NCBI GenBank assembly: GCA_963845755.1
Contig: CAWJTV010000033.1
Location: forward strand, 160,001 to 224,000
Reading direction: 5' to 3'
Origin: an uncultured Planctomycetota bacterium
Lineage (GTDB): Bacteria > Planctomycetota > Planctomycetia > Isosphaerales > Isosphaeraceae
Length of the DNA: 64,000 nt
Shown: in pieces, positions 22,401 through 33,718 of the stretch
Layout of the letters: the number at the start of each line of letters is the position of its first letter
How positions within the stretch are numbered: the stretch's first letter is position 1
Made by a program: the position numbers and the translations under genes
The notes under the pieces: generated by a model
Told to the model about the DNA's origin: nothing
Seen by the model: only the letters and a program-made list of their open reading frames with translations
The model's database searches: none

Positions 22401-24839
22401 GAGAAGTACAGCTCGGACGAGCGGTTTGTCGCGACCTGGGCATACTTACGCAGCGGGGTCGACCGGCGATTGTGGCGACTCCCACGTCCCCGCAGCCGGA
22501 CGTCGCTCTCGCCGGCAGACTTTGGTCCGCCGTCGAGACAGCGGAACTTCTATGAATTCGCCCAGTTCGACCCTCATGGTGCGACCGCGGTTCTCTATTG
22601 GCATCAAGAAGCCCTGGAGACACACGACGTTCTCCTGGCGGATGTTTCAACCGGAGCCGAACGCGGTACAAACGTTCGCCATGGCGCATTAGTTCGGCGT
22701 GTTGTGTTCACTCGAGACGGCCGCTACTTCGCCACAGCCGGTCAAGATGCAACCGCCCGGGTCTGGGACACCGCCACGGGCCGACCGGCCGGACCGTCCC
22801 TTCATCACCGTAATTGGGTCGCCGACGTCTCATTCAGTCCGGACGGGAACACGCTCGCCGCCGGCGACTACGGACCGGCCGGACTGATCAAACTCTGGGA
22901 CTGGCGGACCGGGAAAGAGCTTCGTCCGCCGCTCCAACATGACGACATTGTCATCAATATTGACTTCAGTCCTGACGGCAAGTATATCGCCGCACTCAAA
23001 GCTCCGGACTGGTCCAAGAAACCCGAAATGATCCTTTGGGAGGTCGGCTCCGGAAGGACGGTCTTCCGGGCGCCACATCACTATGCGAGTCACCGCTTTG
23101 TTCAGGCCCGCGATACGGTCGGTGCATTCAATCTCCAATTCCGACCCGATGGTCGGGCGGTCGTGGCACTTGCCGCGAGTGGAGATCTTGCGCCTTTGGG
23201 AGGTGCCGTCCGGCAAGCTCCTCGGTGAGCGGCGGCTCGACCATGCCGGGGTGCCGCGGTTCTCGCCGGATAGCCGAGTGGTCGCGGCGGTCGCGAACCT
23301 CGGCGTCCGCCTGCTCGGCGCCGACACCCTCGTCCCGCTTCCCGGCGGCTATCTTCCCCATCCGGACCCGATCGAGGACGTGGCCTTCAGCCCGGACGGG
23401 GCATTTCTGCTGACCGGTCACTCGACCGGCTCCGCCCAGCTCTGGGAGGTCGCCACCCGCAAGCCGATCGGCCCCCCGGCCGTCCTCATCGGACCGATCC
23501 GCGCGGTCACCTTCACCCCCGATGGCCAGACGTGCGTGTGCGTGGCCGCCGACGGCACCGTCAGGCGCTGGCCGGTGCCCCTCCCGTTCGCCGAGCCAGA
23601 CCTCGCCCGTCTGGCCGATCGAGTCGCCTTGTTGACTGGCCAGCGCATGGACGAGAGCCAGGGGCTCGACTTCGTCCCGGACGACGAGTGGAGATCCCTT
23701 CGCGATCGGCTCGTGGGCGAGAGCAGCACGGCGATGGTCCCGCCCCGGCCGGACGCCGACTGGCACGACACGGCTGCCGCCGACGCCGAGCAGGATCGGG
23801 ACGTCTTCGGGGCCGAATGGCACCTCGACCGGCTGGCCGCCCTGCGCCGCGCGACTGGACCATCCCCGCCCGCCGAGGACGCCTGCTGGCTCGGGCCGGC
23901 CGGCACGAGGAGGCCGCGTCATCCTACGCCGCAGCCCGGCCTCTCGCCCCGTCCCCCCGCAACCTGGCCGACTGGCTGCGGGCCGCCGCCGCCGAGGACG
24001 AGGCGACCAGGAGGTACGACGAAGGGCTGTGGAACCTGGACCGGGCGGTCGAGATCACCCCGGATGACTGGACCCTGTACGCAACCCGGGCCGCGCTGGC
24101 GGACCTGGCCGGGCACCCCGACCGGGCCACGGCCGACCTGGACGAGGCGATCCGCCGTGGTGCGGAGGCGTCCGTGATCTCCTGGGCCGCCGATCGCGCG
24201 GCCAGGGCGAGCGACTGGAAGCGTGCAGCAACCTTCCTGACCACGATGGCCCGCGACCCAGCCTCCTCGACCGGGACTCGTTTTCGCCAGATCTTTGCCT
24301 CGTTGAAGGCCGGTGACAACGCGGGCTATCGCACCGCCTGCGCCGAGTTCGCGGGGCGGGTGCCCCCGGTCGGCCCGGGGCTCTCGGGGAGCCAGGCCAA
24401 CAACGCGGCCTGGGCCTTCGCGCTCGGTCCCACCGCCACCGATGACTGGACCAGGCCGCTCGGCTGGATGGACCACGCCCTGGCCCGGCTTGCCGCGTTC
24501 GAGAAGGCGAACCCGACGGCCAAGGACCAGATCCGGCAGACGCGCCATGTTTTCCTCAACACTCGCGGGGCGGTGCTGTACCGTGCCGGCCGGTTCGAGG
24601 AGGCGGCGCGAACGCTCCGGGAGGGCATCGCGCTCGACCCGCGCGATGCGGCGTTCCAGGATTGGCTGTTCCTGGCCCTCGCCGAACACCGCCTCGGCCA
24701 CGCGGACGACGCGAAAGGGGCCGCGGTCAAGGCCCGGGCGGCGCGTTCCGCAGCGATGGCCGGCTCGGTCTGGGATCGGGCCGAGATTGAGCTGCTGGCC
24801 GCGGAGCTGGACGCCGCCGTACCGCCCCCGGGCCAGTGA
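19491..24839 (+). CDS. Ser/Thr protein kinase with TM, WD40 and TPR regions (frameshifts near 23190 and 23845)
   Basis: GRGGMGVV, VALK, HRDIKPSN, DFGLA, GTLRYMAPE and DVYALG; TM after RRNP; WD40 repeats (ATAGQDATARVWD, FSPDG); C-terminal TPR (NTRGAVLYRAG). Confidence 0.9.
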
Positions 24840-25004
24840 GGACGGCTCGGCCTGTGAAAGAAACGCGGGCGTCGAGTGATTGACCGGCCCGAGTCCTCCT
24901 TCTAGATTGAATAGGGTTCCAGGCGTTGCGATGCGACCCCCTGGAAGCCGGCCCGGTCACGCGATGGAGTTGCTACCTCTCACCCTCGTGCAGGATCTCG
25001 ACCC

Positions 25005-26342
25005 ATGACCTTCCCACCCCTCGCCCGCGTCCGCCAATCGATCCCACAACCCAAGGTGGAGGACGTCCCGGGGACCGTGCGCCGACTGATCCGGTCGAGC
25101 CGGCTGCGCCAGCGCGTCAAGCCCGGCGGCACGATCGCCGTTGGGATTGGCAGCCGCGGCATTCATGGGATCGCCGTCGTGGCCAAGGCGATCGTGGGCA
25201 CGCTCAAAGAGATGGAGTATCGGCCGTTCATCGTGGCGGCGATGGGGAGCCACGGAGCGGCGACCTCCGAGGGCCAGCGCGAGCTGCTGGCCGGCTATGG
25301 GGTGACGTCTGAGACGATGGGCGTCCCGGTCAAGACCGACATGGAGACCCGGGTCCTGGGCACCAGCTCGGTCGGGCTGCCGATCTATTTCGACCAGAAC
25401 GCCTATGAGGCCGACGGGATCGTGCTGGCCAATCGCGTCAAGCCCCACACCGACTTCCGGGGCATTCACGAATCGGGCGTCCTGAAGATGCTCGTCATCG
25501 GCCTCGGCAAACGGGAAGGCGCCAGCCAGGTCCACAAACTCGGCCTTCGGGGCGTGCACGAGGTGCTCCCCTCCGTCGGCCGGTTCCTGGTCGAGCACAC
25601 GCGATTCGCCCTCGGTCTGGCGATCCTCGAGAACGCCGATGACGTGCCCGCGGAGATCGTCGCCCTGGAACCCGAGACCATCTTCGACCTCGAGCCGAAA
25701 CTGCTCGACCGCGCCCGCGGGCTGATGGGCCGGCTACCGTTCGACCAGATCGACGTGCTGGTCGTCGGCGAGCTGGGCAAGAACTATTCGGGCGCCGGTA
25801 TGGACCCGAATGTCATCGGCCGGCTGATGATCGAGACGCAGCCGGACCTCGAACGTCCCAGGGTGACGCGCCTGGTGGTGCTCGACGTCTCCGACGAGAG
25901 CCACGGCAACATCGTCGGCATCGGCTTCGCCGACCTGACCACCGAACGCCTGGTTTCCAAGATGGAGACCGGGCCGTTCTACATCAATACGCTGACCTCG
26001 TGCTTCCTGGAACGGGCCCGGATTCCCATCACCCTGCCGACCGACCGCGACGTGCTCCAGGCCGCAATCGAGACCTGCTGGCGCGTTAACCCGTCCGAGG
26101 CACGCATCGTCATCATCCCCAACACGCTCGAGCTGAACACGCTCTGGGTCTCATCGCCGCTCGATGATGAGGTCCGCGCCCATCCCCACCTCACCCGGGA
26201 GACCGAATTCCTGCCGATGCCGATCGGTAACGACGACTCGCTGGACCTCGTCCGATTATTCCCGGAGAGCGTCCGCGCAAGACGCTCGCGGACGGGGGAA
26301 CGCGCCGCGGGCGAACGGCTGGCGGTGGCATCCGCCCGCTGA
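25005..26342 (+). CDS. LarA-like (nickel-pincer racemase N-terminal, DUF2088/DUF362-type) protein
   Basis: GSRGI, AMGSHGAAT, NRVKPHTDF, ESGVLKMLVIGLGK and GKNYSGAGMDPNVIGR motifs. Confidence 0.75.
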   Translation: MTFPPLARVRQSIPQPKVEDVPGTVRRLIRSSRLRQRVKPGGTIAVGIGSRGIHGIAVVAKAIVGTLKEMEYRPFIVAAMGSHGAATSEGQRELLAGYGVTSETMGVPVKTDMETRVLGTSSVGLPIYFDQNAYEADGIVLANRVKPHTDFRGIHESGVLKMLVIGLGKREGASQVHKLGLRGVHEVLPSVGRFLVEHTRFALGLAILENADDVPAEIVALEPETIFDLEPKLLDRARGLMGRLPFDQIDVLVVGELGKNYSGAGMDPNVIGRLMIETQPDLERPRVTRLVVLDVSDESHGNIVGIGFADLTTERLVSKMETGPFYINTLTSCFLERARIPITLPTDRDVLQAAIETCWRVNPSEARIVIIPNTLELNTLWVSSPLDDEVRAHPHLTRETEFLPMPIGNDDSLDLVRLFPESVRARRSRTGERAAGERLAVASAR

Positions 26343-26348
26343 TCCGCT

Positions 26349-27545
26349 CTAGTTGGCCTTGGGGTTGAGGCCGGGCGAGCCGGGCTGGAGGGGTAAGGAC
26401 GCCGTGGCTCCTCGTGACGAAGGGACGACCTTGCTGGCCGCCTGGCGGACCACGATCGATTGGTCGGAACGGGCCATCTCGGCAAGTCGCTTGCGAACCG
26501 AGGGGGATTGGTGGGCAGCCAGCGCCTCGATCGCGCTCATCCGGACCATCTCCTCCGAGTCCCGGGAGAGCTGGATCAGCCACACCACCGGATCGATGTC
26601 GGTGCGGTCCTTCAGGAACGGAATGACCGAGATACGCTGCTGAGGTCTCGGACTGAAGATCAGGCCGCCCAGACTGATTTGCTCACGGGTCAGCCCGCGA
26701 GTTTGGAGGATCAGGGTGGCCGTCTCCCGGTTCGAGGCATCCCCATCGTGGAGGCGTTTCAGGAGCATGTCATCGGTCAACAACAGGTTGCGTCGAGCGA
26801 ACGAGAGCATGGTTTGCTTGCGCACGTCGGAGTCCGGGTTCTCCAGGTAGGCGATCGCCGGCGCGGCGGAACGGTCGATCGGCAGAGAGCCCAGGCAGGA
26901 GATCGCCGCGATGAGGGTGTGGGGATCGCGATGGCCCAGTGCCCGCACAACCGGCGGATAGAGGGCATTCTTCCAGTCGGCCAGGCCATTCTCCTCGGCC
27001 GGCGTGAGCGATCGGCCGGGAAGCCAGACCCAGATCTTGGCGATCTCGGTCAGGGCCGCGGCACGGACATCGTGACTCGCGTCAGCCAGACCGGCCGTCA
27101 AGAGGTCGTGGATCGGTTGGATGGCCTTATCCCATCGCGCAGACGCCGGCTCGACCGCGAATTGATCGAGGATCCGGAATGCCACCGCTACCGCGATCGC
27201 GCGGGCCGGCCCATTGAAGGTCACGAATCCCGACCGTATCCCGGAAAGCGCCTCGACCCACTCCGTGGCCTGCTCGTCGTTCAAAGCCACACGCGTTGAA
27301 CCATCTTGCGCAAGGTGCTGCTGAATGAAAACAAGCGCCCGGGAATTACCGGCCCGCAAGGCCTGTGTGAGGTCGCCCAACGAGCTCGTCGCATCGATCG
27401 GCGTCGGGCCCGCCGTGCTGGATCGCGAGACGCCACGACGGGTCCCGAACATCCCGAACTTCCACCCGACGATCGTGGCCGTGAGCACCACGGCCACTCC
27501 CAAGATGCCCGCGACTTTCCGGCTCACGCGACGTCGCTCCGGCAT
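26349..27545 (-). CDS. Membrane-anchored HEAT-repeat protein
   Basis: N-terminal TM; repeats LADASHDVRAAA, LENPDSDVRKQT, SRDSEEMVRMSAIEAL and ARSDQSIVVRQAA. Confidence 0.8.
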   Translation of the reverse strand: MPERRRVSRKVAGILGVAVVLTATIVGWKFGMFGTRRGVSRSSTAGPTPIDATSSLGDLTQALRAGNSRALVFIQQHLAQDGSTRVALNDEQATEWVEALSGIRSGFVTFNGPARAIAVAVAFRILDQFAVEPASARWDKAIQPIHDLLTAGLADASHDVRAAALTEIAKIWVWLPGRSLTPAEENGLADWKNALYPPVVRALGHRDPHTLIAAISCLGSLPIDRSAAPAIAYLENPDSDVRKQTMLSFARRNLLLTDDMLLKRLHDGDASNRETATLILQTRGLTREQISLGGLIFSPRPQQRISVIPFLKDRTDIDPVVWLIQLSRDSEEMVRMSAIEALAAHQSPSVRKRLAEMARSDQSIVVRQAASKVVPSSRGATASLPLQPGSPGLNPKAN

Positions 27546-28012
27546 GTTTGCCTCCCTGCATTACTGCAACCGTGCAATGTGTCCCCGCTTCGCTTCGAGA
27601 GCTGAGTTCGCCGCGGCTCCGGGATTCGGATTGACGGGGGATCGACGCAAGTTACCGGGATCAAACGATCCGGAGTGTCCGGGCGACGGGTTGATCCGTC
27701 GTCCCGCGGTGGAGCGGCGCGACTATCCATCGGGGCGACATCTTAGTAGGTAACCCGAACGGGACAAGACCATTTCGTCGGAAGAATGCCGATCCCGGGA
27801 CCACGCCCGTTCCCAATGATGAGGTCGGGATGGCCTAGCAGTGTGAACCGACCGACCCGGACTTCGGCGTCCCCGTCGCCGCCAATCGAGCGTGGGATGC
27901 GATCGTCCTCCGGGTCGGACTTCCTCCCAAGCCCGAGCGCGGCGCCAAGGCCGGCGCCGGCAAGACCCGTCGGAACTGACCGCACCGATGCGAATGTAAG
28001 GCACTCGAGAAG

Positions 28013-30060
28013 TTAGCGGCTCTCAGGACGCGTCTCGATCCGTCCCAGCGCCGCGCGTGCCACGTCGGTTGCGATCGAACCCGGCGCGCCGTGTTCGCGT
28101 GCCCACTGCAGGTGGGACAGCGCCGCGGTGCGGTCCCCGGCTTGCAGCCGGTCGAGGCCGAGGAACGCATGGGCCTCCGTCTGAAACTTGTCTCCGCCCG
28201 CAGCTCGGAGCAAGCCAGCCTCGTCGAGATCGCCTCGGAAATACCGGAGGATCGGTACCGGCCAGGTCCGTCCGCGGAGATTCGCAAGGGCTTCGTCGAC
28301 GAGCCGGCGCGCCTGGGCCTCGCGCGGCGTCCCTCGGGCACCGAGGATCGCGAGCAGGGCCATGTAGGGCGAAAGCGGTTCGTGCCATCCGCGGAGCGCG
28401 AGATAGGCGCGGGCATCGTTATCGGCCCACTCAGCCCCTGCGCACAGACGAGACCAACCCCGGGCGACGTAGAGGTCGGCGCGCTTCGGGTCGATCGCGA
28501 CCGCGCGATCGTAGTCCGTCAGGGCCCCGCGCCAGTCACCCTCCTGGCGCCGCGACGTTGCCACGGGCCTCGATGACCTCCACACGGTTCGGGTCCAGTT
28601 TCAGCGCCATGTCGAACTCGTGGATGGCCTCCTCGCGATGGCCGAGTTGCGACTGGATCCGGCCGATAGCTGTGTAAGCCGGTGCGAGGCGCGGGTCGAG
28701 CTCAACCGCTTGGGTGTAATCCTCCAGCGCCCGGTCTCGCATCCCCAGCCGGACGAATGCCTCGGCGCGATTGAAATGAGTGATCGGGTTTCGCGGCTCC
28801 CGCTGGATGGCCAGGCTGAGGTCGGCGATCGCCGCATCGTACTCGCCGATCGCGAAATAAACGCGCCCGCGGTTGGAGTAGGCTCCCGCGTTCGCCGGAT
28901 CGAGCCGGATCGCCTCGGTCAGGTCATCAACCGCGCGTTCAAAGTGCCCCTGATCGGTGAAGGCGACCCCTCGATTCTGATACGCCGTCGCTCGCTTCGG
29001 ATCGAGCCGGATCGCCTCATCCAGGTCCTTGATCGCGCGATCGAGCTGACCCATCCGGACCAGCACGCCGCCCCGGTCTTTGTAGGCTCCGGCGTTCTCG
29101 GGCATCAGCGTGATGAGCCGCATCGTAGTCGGCCAGCGCCAGCGCGTTCTGTCCCCGGCGCGCATGGGCGGCGCCCCGGTAGCTGTACGCCCTGGCGAAC
29201 TTCGGGTCGATCGCTAGGGCACGGTCGAGGCTCGCCAGGGCGGCCTCGTCACGACCCAGCTCGAACTCCACGATCCCGTGAAATACGAAGGCCCGCGAAT
29301 GCGAAGGATCCAGCCGGGTCGCTTCGTTGAAATCGGCGATCGCCTGATCGTACAACCGCTGTGACGCCAGGACCTCTCCGCGACCGGCGAATCCGTTGGC
29401 ATCGCTCGGATTGATCGCGATCGCCTGGTTGTAGGCCTCGACGGCCGCGCTGGCCTGGCCCAGTCGATAATACGCCTGGCCCAGTCCCGAGTAGGCGGCC
29501 GCGCGGCCGCGGATCATCTGGGCGCGGTTCTCCCCGGTCGGGGGGAAAGGACCCGCTATGAGAGTCGACAGGGTCAGACCTGACCCTTGCGAGTTCCACG
29601 GCAGGTTCCAGAGCGCCACCGATTGCTGGAAGCTCTGGAGTGCGTCCTGGTCACGTCCCAACATCAGCAAGGCGATGCCACGGTTCCCGTAGCTCTCGGC
29701 ATACGACAGGTCCACCGGAGTGGCAGGGATTCCCGCCGGTCCCGCGAAGAGACCGAACCTGGCGTGAATCGCGGCCTGCACGCTCCGCCGATTGATCCGC
29801 TCGAAATCCGGGAGTGCCTTCTCCGGCTGCTCGGTGCGGAGATAGCAGATGCCCCGCAGGTTCAGGATCTTCGCATGATTGGGATGCCGCTCCAGAACCT
29901 CGTTGAAATGCGGGATCGCCTCCGCGAATTGCCCTGTGTTGTAGAGGCGTAACCCTTCCAGCTCCGCCGCCGATGTGGACCCACCCCGCGTCGCCGTCGC
30001 GACCATCACGCTCAGTGCCATCGTCAACCCGAGAACCCGCGCATCCCATGAAGCCCACAT
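28013..30060 (-). CDS. Secreted multi-TPR protein (frameshifts near 29120 and 28555)
   Basis: Signal peptide, then many TPR units (AYSNRG, AIADFNEATRLDP, AIRLDPKRATAYQNRG) across ORFs 29017-30231, 28536-29165 and 28013-28585. Confidence 0.85.
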
Positions 30061-30244
30061 GATCCATCCTCGCCTTCGCTCGTCGTTGGGACTTCCTCCT
30101 TGTTGTAATGTCGTCCCAATCGGGGACCGCCGATCGCACCCAGCCAGCAACCGGTGCGCGGGAAGTACAGGTCGTGACGCCTTTGCACAAGACGACGACT
30201 GAGGCCCGATCAACGCCCGTCGATTGGCCACGAATGTCTCGAAA

Positions 30245-31771
30245 TCATGACCGGGGCGCGTGCAGGGCGTGGACCTTCCGCGACCCCTGGATCGGGTGAG
30301 ACTTGGATTTGCGAACGTGGTGCGGAAGGACGGGATGCCTCGTCTTCGCTTTGGGTTTCGGGTGCTTCTTTGCCTTCTTCTTATGGCCTGAGATCGGGCT
30401 TACGCTTCCGTGTCCGAGGGTCCCTTGGCTCCCGGATTGCCCGGGGTTCACGGGACCGGGATCGGACGCGCCGAGATTCGACCCGCTGTCGACGCCGACG
30501 GTCGCGTTCAGGGCGAAGGTCTTGCCATCGATGAGGTGTGTGACGAGGACGCGGACCGCATAGACGCCGGCATACGCATAGCGATTCGAACCGATGACGG
30601 AAAAGGTGCCATCGGCGCTGGGGGTCACCGTGGCGAAGGAGGCATTGCCATCGCTCCAATCGATCCGGCGCGTATAACTCGACGCCGTGTCGCCGGCCTG
30701 GAACGGGATGAAGGACCCGAGCTGGCCGCTCACCAAGCCGCCACCAGCGGCGAAGAGGGTCGCACCGTTGGGATCCTCATCAAAATTCACCCGCATGTTG
30801 TCGTTCTGGACGACGACCGTCCGCGCAATCGGCGTAGCCAGCCCGCCGCCGCTGGCCGTGACCGTGTAGACACCGGCCGGCACCTGAATGCTGTAGCCAC
30901 CCGCTTCGAGCGTACTGGTCGTGCCCACGTTCGAAACGGTGATTGTCACACCGCCGAGTCCCTCGCCCGGCTCGTACTCGCCATTTCCGCTCGTATCGTT
31001 GAACACGACGCCCGTCAAGTATGGGTTGGAGTTCGACGTGGAGGCCATGTCGATCGTTGTGTCGGTCTGTCGGTAGATGAATCCGCCGGTCGTCGTGTCC
31101 TGGGAGGCGATGCCGATGCCGACCTGACGATCCGCGTGAAACTGGCCCCCGATGTCCAGGAGCATCACTCGGTGGCCGAGGTCGGGAACGCCCTGGTCGA
31201 CGATCAGGTTCGAGAGGCTGGCGCCGGCGTCCCAGGCTGCGTAATCGGCGGGGAACCCCGCACTGACGGATGTGGGGTTCGTGTCGGTCTCGATGCTCTC
31301 GGCATAACCCGTGTCGCTGAATCCGGTCGCCTCGATCCGTTGTTCGGGGCCAATCCCCTGGGGCGTATAGTGGCTGAAGTAAGCCTGAGCGATCATGTCC
31401 TGCGCGTGCAGTCGCGCCGATTCGACGAGCAGGGTGTTCATCGCCAGGGGCTGTGAAAGCGCGACGCTGGAGAGGTCCAGGCCCAGAGAGTCTCCATAGG
31501 CGGCCGGGTTGAACCGCGCGTCGTTGAGCTCCTCCAGGTAGAGCTCCTCGATCGCCGTCGGCGAGTACCCCGAGAGTAGCGTCCGATGCTCGAGATCTTC
31601 GAGAGCGGGACAGGACTTGCGCAGAGTACGACGGCTTCGCGGCGTTCCGAAGAGCAGATTGACCTCGGAGCGGTCTCGCTCAAGCTGTTCGCGATCCAGG
31701 CCGTTCCGACCGCACTGGGGCGCGAGTGTGCCGATCTTCGAGCGTCCTGGCTCGAGTTCCAGGCTTCCCAA
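30245..31771 (-). CDS. Secreted CAP/SCP-domain protein with beta-sandwich domains and a basic tail (true start probably near 31660)
   Basis: LEDLEHRTLLS leader; CAP motifs LNDARFNP, SARLHAQDM..YFSH and GVPDLGHRVML; YLTGVVFND..GEGLGGVTIT (carboxypeptidase-regulatory/SdrD-like); KKKAKKHPKPK tail. Confidence 0.78.
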   Translation of the reverse strand: MGSLELEPGRSKIGTLAPQCGRNGLDREQLERDRSEVNLLFGTPRSRRTLRKSCPALEDLEHRTLLSGYSPTAIEELYLEELNDARFNPAAYGDSLGLDLSSVALSQPLAMNTLLVESARLHAQDMIAQAYFSHYTPQGIGPEQRIEATGFSDTGYAESIETDTNPTSVSAGFPADYAAWDAGASLSNLIVDQGVPDLGHRVMLLDIGGQFHADRQVGIGIASQDTTTGGFIYRQTDTTIDMASTSNSNPYLTGVVFNDTSGNGEYEPGEGLGGVTITVSNVGTTSTLEAGGYSIQVPAGVYTVTASGGGLATPIARTVVVQNDNMRVNFDEDPNGATLFAAGGGLVSGQLGSFIPFQAGDTASSYTRRIDWSDGNASFATVTPSADGTFSVIGSNRYAYAGVYAVRVLVTHLIDGKTFALNATVGVDSGSNLGASDPGPVNPGQSGSQGTLGHGSVSPISGHKKKAKKHPKPKAKTRHPVLPHHVRKSKSHPIQGSRKVHALHAPRS

Positions 31772-31840
31772 CGAAAGGATCTTAGAATCCCTTCAGCCCG
31801 AGTGCGAGACTTTGCCGAAAGTGTTGCCTTTTCGACACAT

Positions 31841-32824
31841 TCACGCCTGGACTGTTGACGGCGGCGGGCCCATGAGGTCGCCCACTTCGATACGATGACC
31901 GTGGAGGAACTCAGCCGCGGTGAAGGGCCGTTTTCCGGGGACCTGGAGGACCAGGATCCGGATCGAGCCCTCCCCGGCGGCGACGACCAGCCGATCGCCT
32001 TCGGCCTCGACGACTTCGCCGCTGGGATCGTGGCCGTCGACGATCTCCGTCCGGTGCACGATGATCCGCGCCGGACCTCTCGTGTGAGAATTTCGCGGGT
32101 ACAACGTCGTCGATGCAACGGGCCAGGGCTGCATCGCACGGACGAGGTTGTGGACGGCCAGGGCGGGACGGGACCAATCGATCAATCCATCCTCCTTGCG
32201 AAGCTTCGGCGCCCGGGTCACCTTGGTCCGGTCTTGCGGCAGGATTGGGATTTCTCCCGCCGCCAGCGCGGCGATCGCGCGGGCCACCAGCGGGGCACCG
32301 AGCCATGCCAGACGTTCCTCCAGCTCACCGGCCGTCTCGTCGGGTCCGATGGGGGTTTCGGCGATGTCGATGATTCCGCCGGCATCGATCCGGGGCGTCA
32401 TTCGGATGACCGTCACGCCGGTCGTGAGTTCACCATTCTGGATCGTGCGCGCCACGGGAGCAGCACCCCGATACGACGGGAGGACCGAGCCATGAAGATT
32501 GATCCCGCCGAGCGTGGGGATCGACAACAGGTCGGCGGAGAGGATCTGTCCGTAGGCGGCCGTGACGAGGAGATCCGGCTGCATCGCCCGAATTCCATCC
32601 AGGCTGCCGGCCGCATTGACGTCCTCGGGCTGCTCGACGCGGACGCCGTGCGACTCGGCCGCCCGCTTGATCCGGCTGGGGATCAACTCCTGTTTCCGAC
32701 CCTGCGGACGGTCGGGTTGAGTGACCAGCGCCGCAACATGGTGCCGGGTCTCGACGAGGTGTTCAAAAGAAGGCAAGGCGAAGTCGCCGGTGCCCAGGAA
32801 GACCAGCCGGATCGGAGGAGCCAT
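31841..32824 (-). CDS. fmt: Methionyl-tRNA formyltransferase
   Basis: RLVFLGTGDFA, VTQPDRPQGR, AAYGQIL, NLHGSVLPSYRGAAP, DAGGI, APKLRKEDGLIDW and RAMQPWP; own RBS (AGGAGG) upstream of ATG 32824. Confidence 0.95.
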   Translation of the reverse strand: MAPPIRLVFLGTGDFALPSFEHLVETRHHVAALVTQPDRPQGRKQELIPSRIKRAAESHGVRVEQPEDVNAAGSLDGIRAMQPDLLVTAAYGQILSADLLSIPTLGGINLHGSVLPSYRGAAPVARTIQNGELTTGVTVIRMTPRIDAGGIIDIAETPIGPDETAGELEERLAWLGAPLVARAIAALAAGEIPILPQDRTKVTRAPKLRKEDGLIDWSRPALAVHNLVRAMQPWPVASTTLYPRNSHTRGPARIIVHRTEIVDGHDPSGEVVEAEGDRLVVAAGEGSIRILVLQVPGKRPFTAAEFLHGHRIEVGDLMGPPPSTVQA

Positions 32825-32865
32825 GAACGTGCGCCCTCCTGTCAGGAGGTGAATGCGGATGTCCG

Positions 32866-33484
32866 TCAGCCGGGCACACCGTTCGGCCCGCCCGGAACAT
32901 CGGGGGTCGGATGCATCATCCCGTCGAGCCGGAGCACCAGGTCCTCGTCCGGGGGGATGACACCGACCCGCTGTGCCTCGCGAAACGCGGCTTCGAATCC
33001 TGCGCAACTGCTCCTCATGGAGTTTCAAATCCGAAGGCTGGAGGTAGTCAATGAACAGCTTGCCCTGAAGGTGGTCCGCCTCATGCTGGAACGCGCGGCT
33101 GAACAGGTCGTCCACGCTGTGCTCGATCAGGCTTCCCTCCAGGTCGTAGGCACGGATACGAATCGTCTTGGCCCGCCGCACCTTCGCATACACGCCGGGC
33201 AGGCTCAGGCAGCCCTCCTCATCCTCCACCGCCGAGTGCCGCTTGACGATCTCCGGATTGATGAAGACTTGCTCCTGATCCCTCTGCTCCGGATCGGCGG
33301 TGAGGTTCAAGATGAAGAACCGGAACGGCAGCGCAACCTGGTTGGCCGCAAGGCCGATCCCCCTGGCGGCGTACATCAGCTCGAACATCGAGCGGACCGT
33401 GGCTCGCAGGTCGTCATCGATCTGAGTGACCGTCCGCGACGCATATCGCAGGGCGGGATGGGGATAATGGACAATCTCAAGCAC
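32866..33484 (-). CDS. def: Peptide deformylase (frameshift near 33000 creates an apparent fusion with fmt)
   Basis: GIGLAANQV, EGCLSLPG and QHEADHL motifs; the alternative frame FEAAFREAQRVGVIPPDEDLVLRL ends in TGA at 32866. Confidence 0.93.
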
Positions 33485-33718
33485 GAAGGATGCTCCCTCC
33501 ATACCAAGCAGGCCTATCCTGGGGACATGATCGAATCGGAGGTTCCATCGAGGCGAGTCCTAGGGCCTCGGGATAATGACCTCTTCAGGCGGAAAAACCG
33601 GCGGATGCCGGTATTCCAACCGATCGATTCCCGATCGACGCAACATTATTCTATGCCGGATCATGCCGAATCGCTACAGGCTGGAGTCTCATGTCGTTGG
33701 TCGCTCGAGTCGGGAGAA

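Noticed and set aside
31841..33502. Apparent def-fmt fusion ORF (553 aa)
   Set aside because: A frameshift near 33000 hides the true def C-terminus (stop at 32866), and fmt has its own RBS and ATG at 32824
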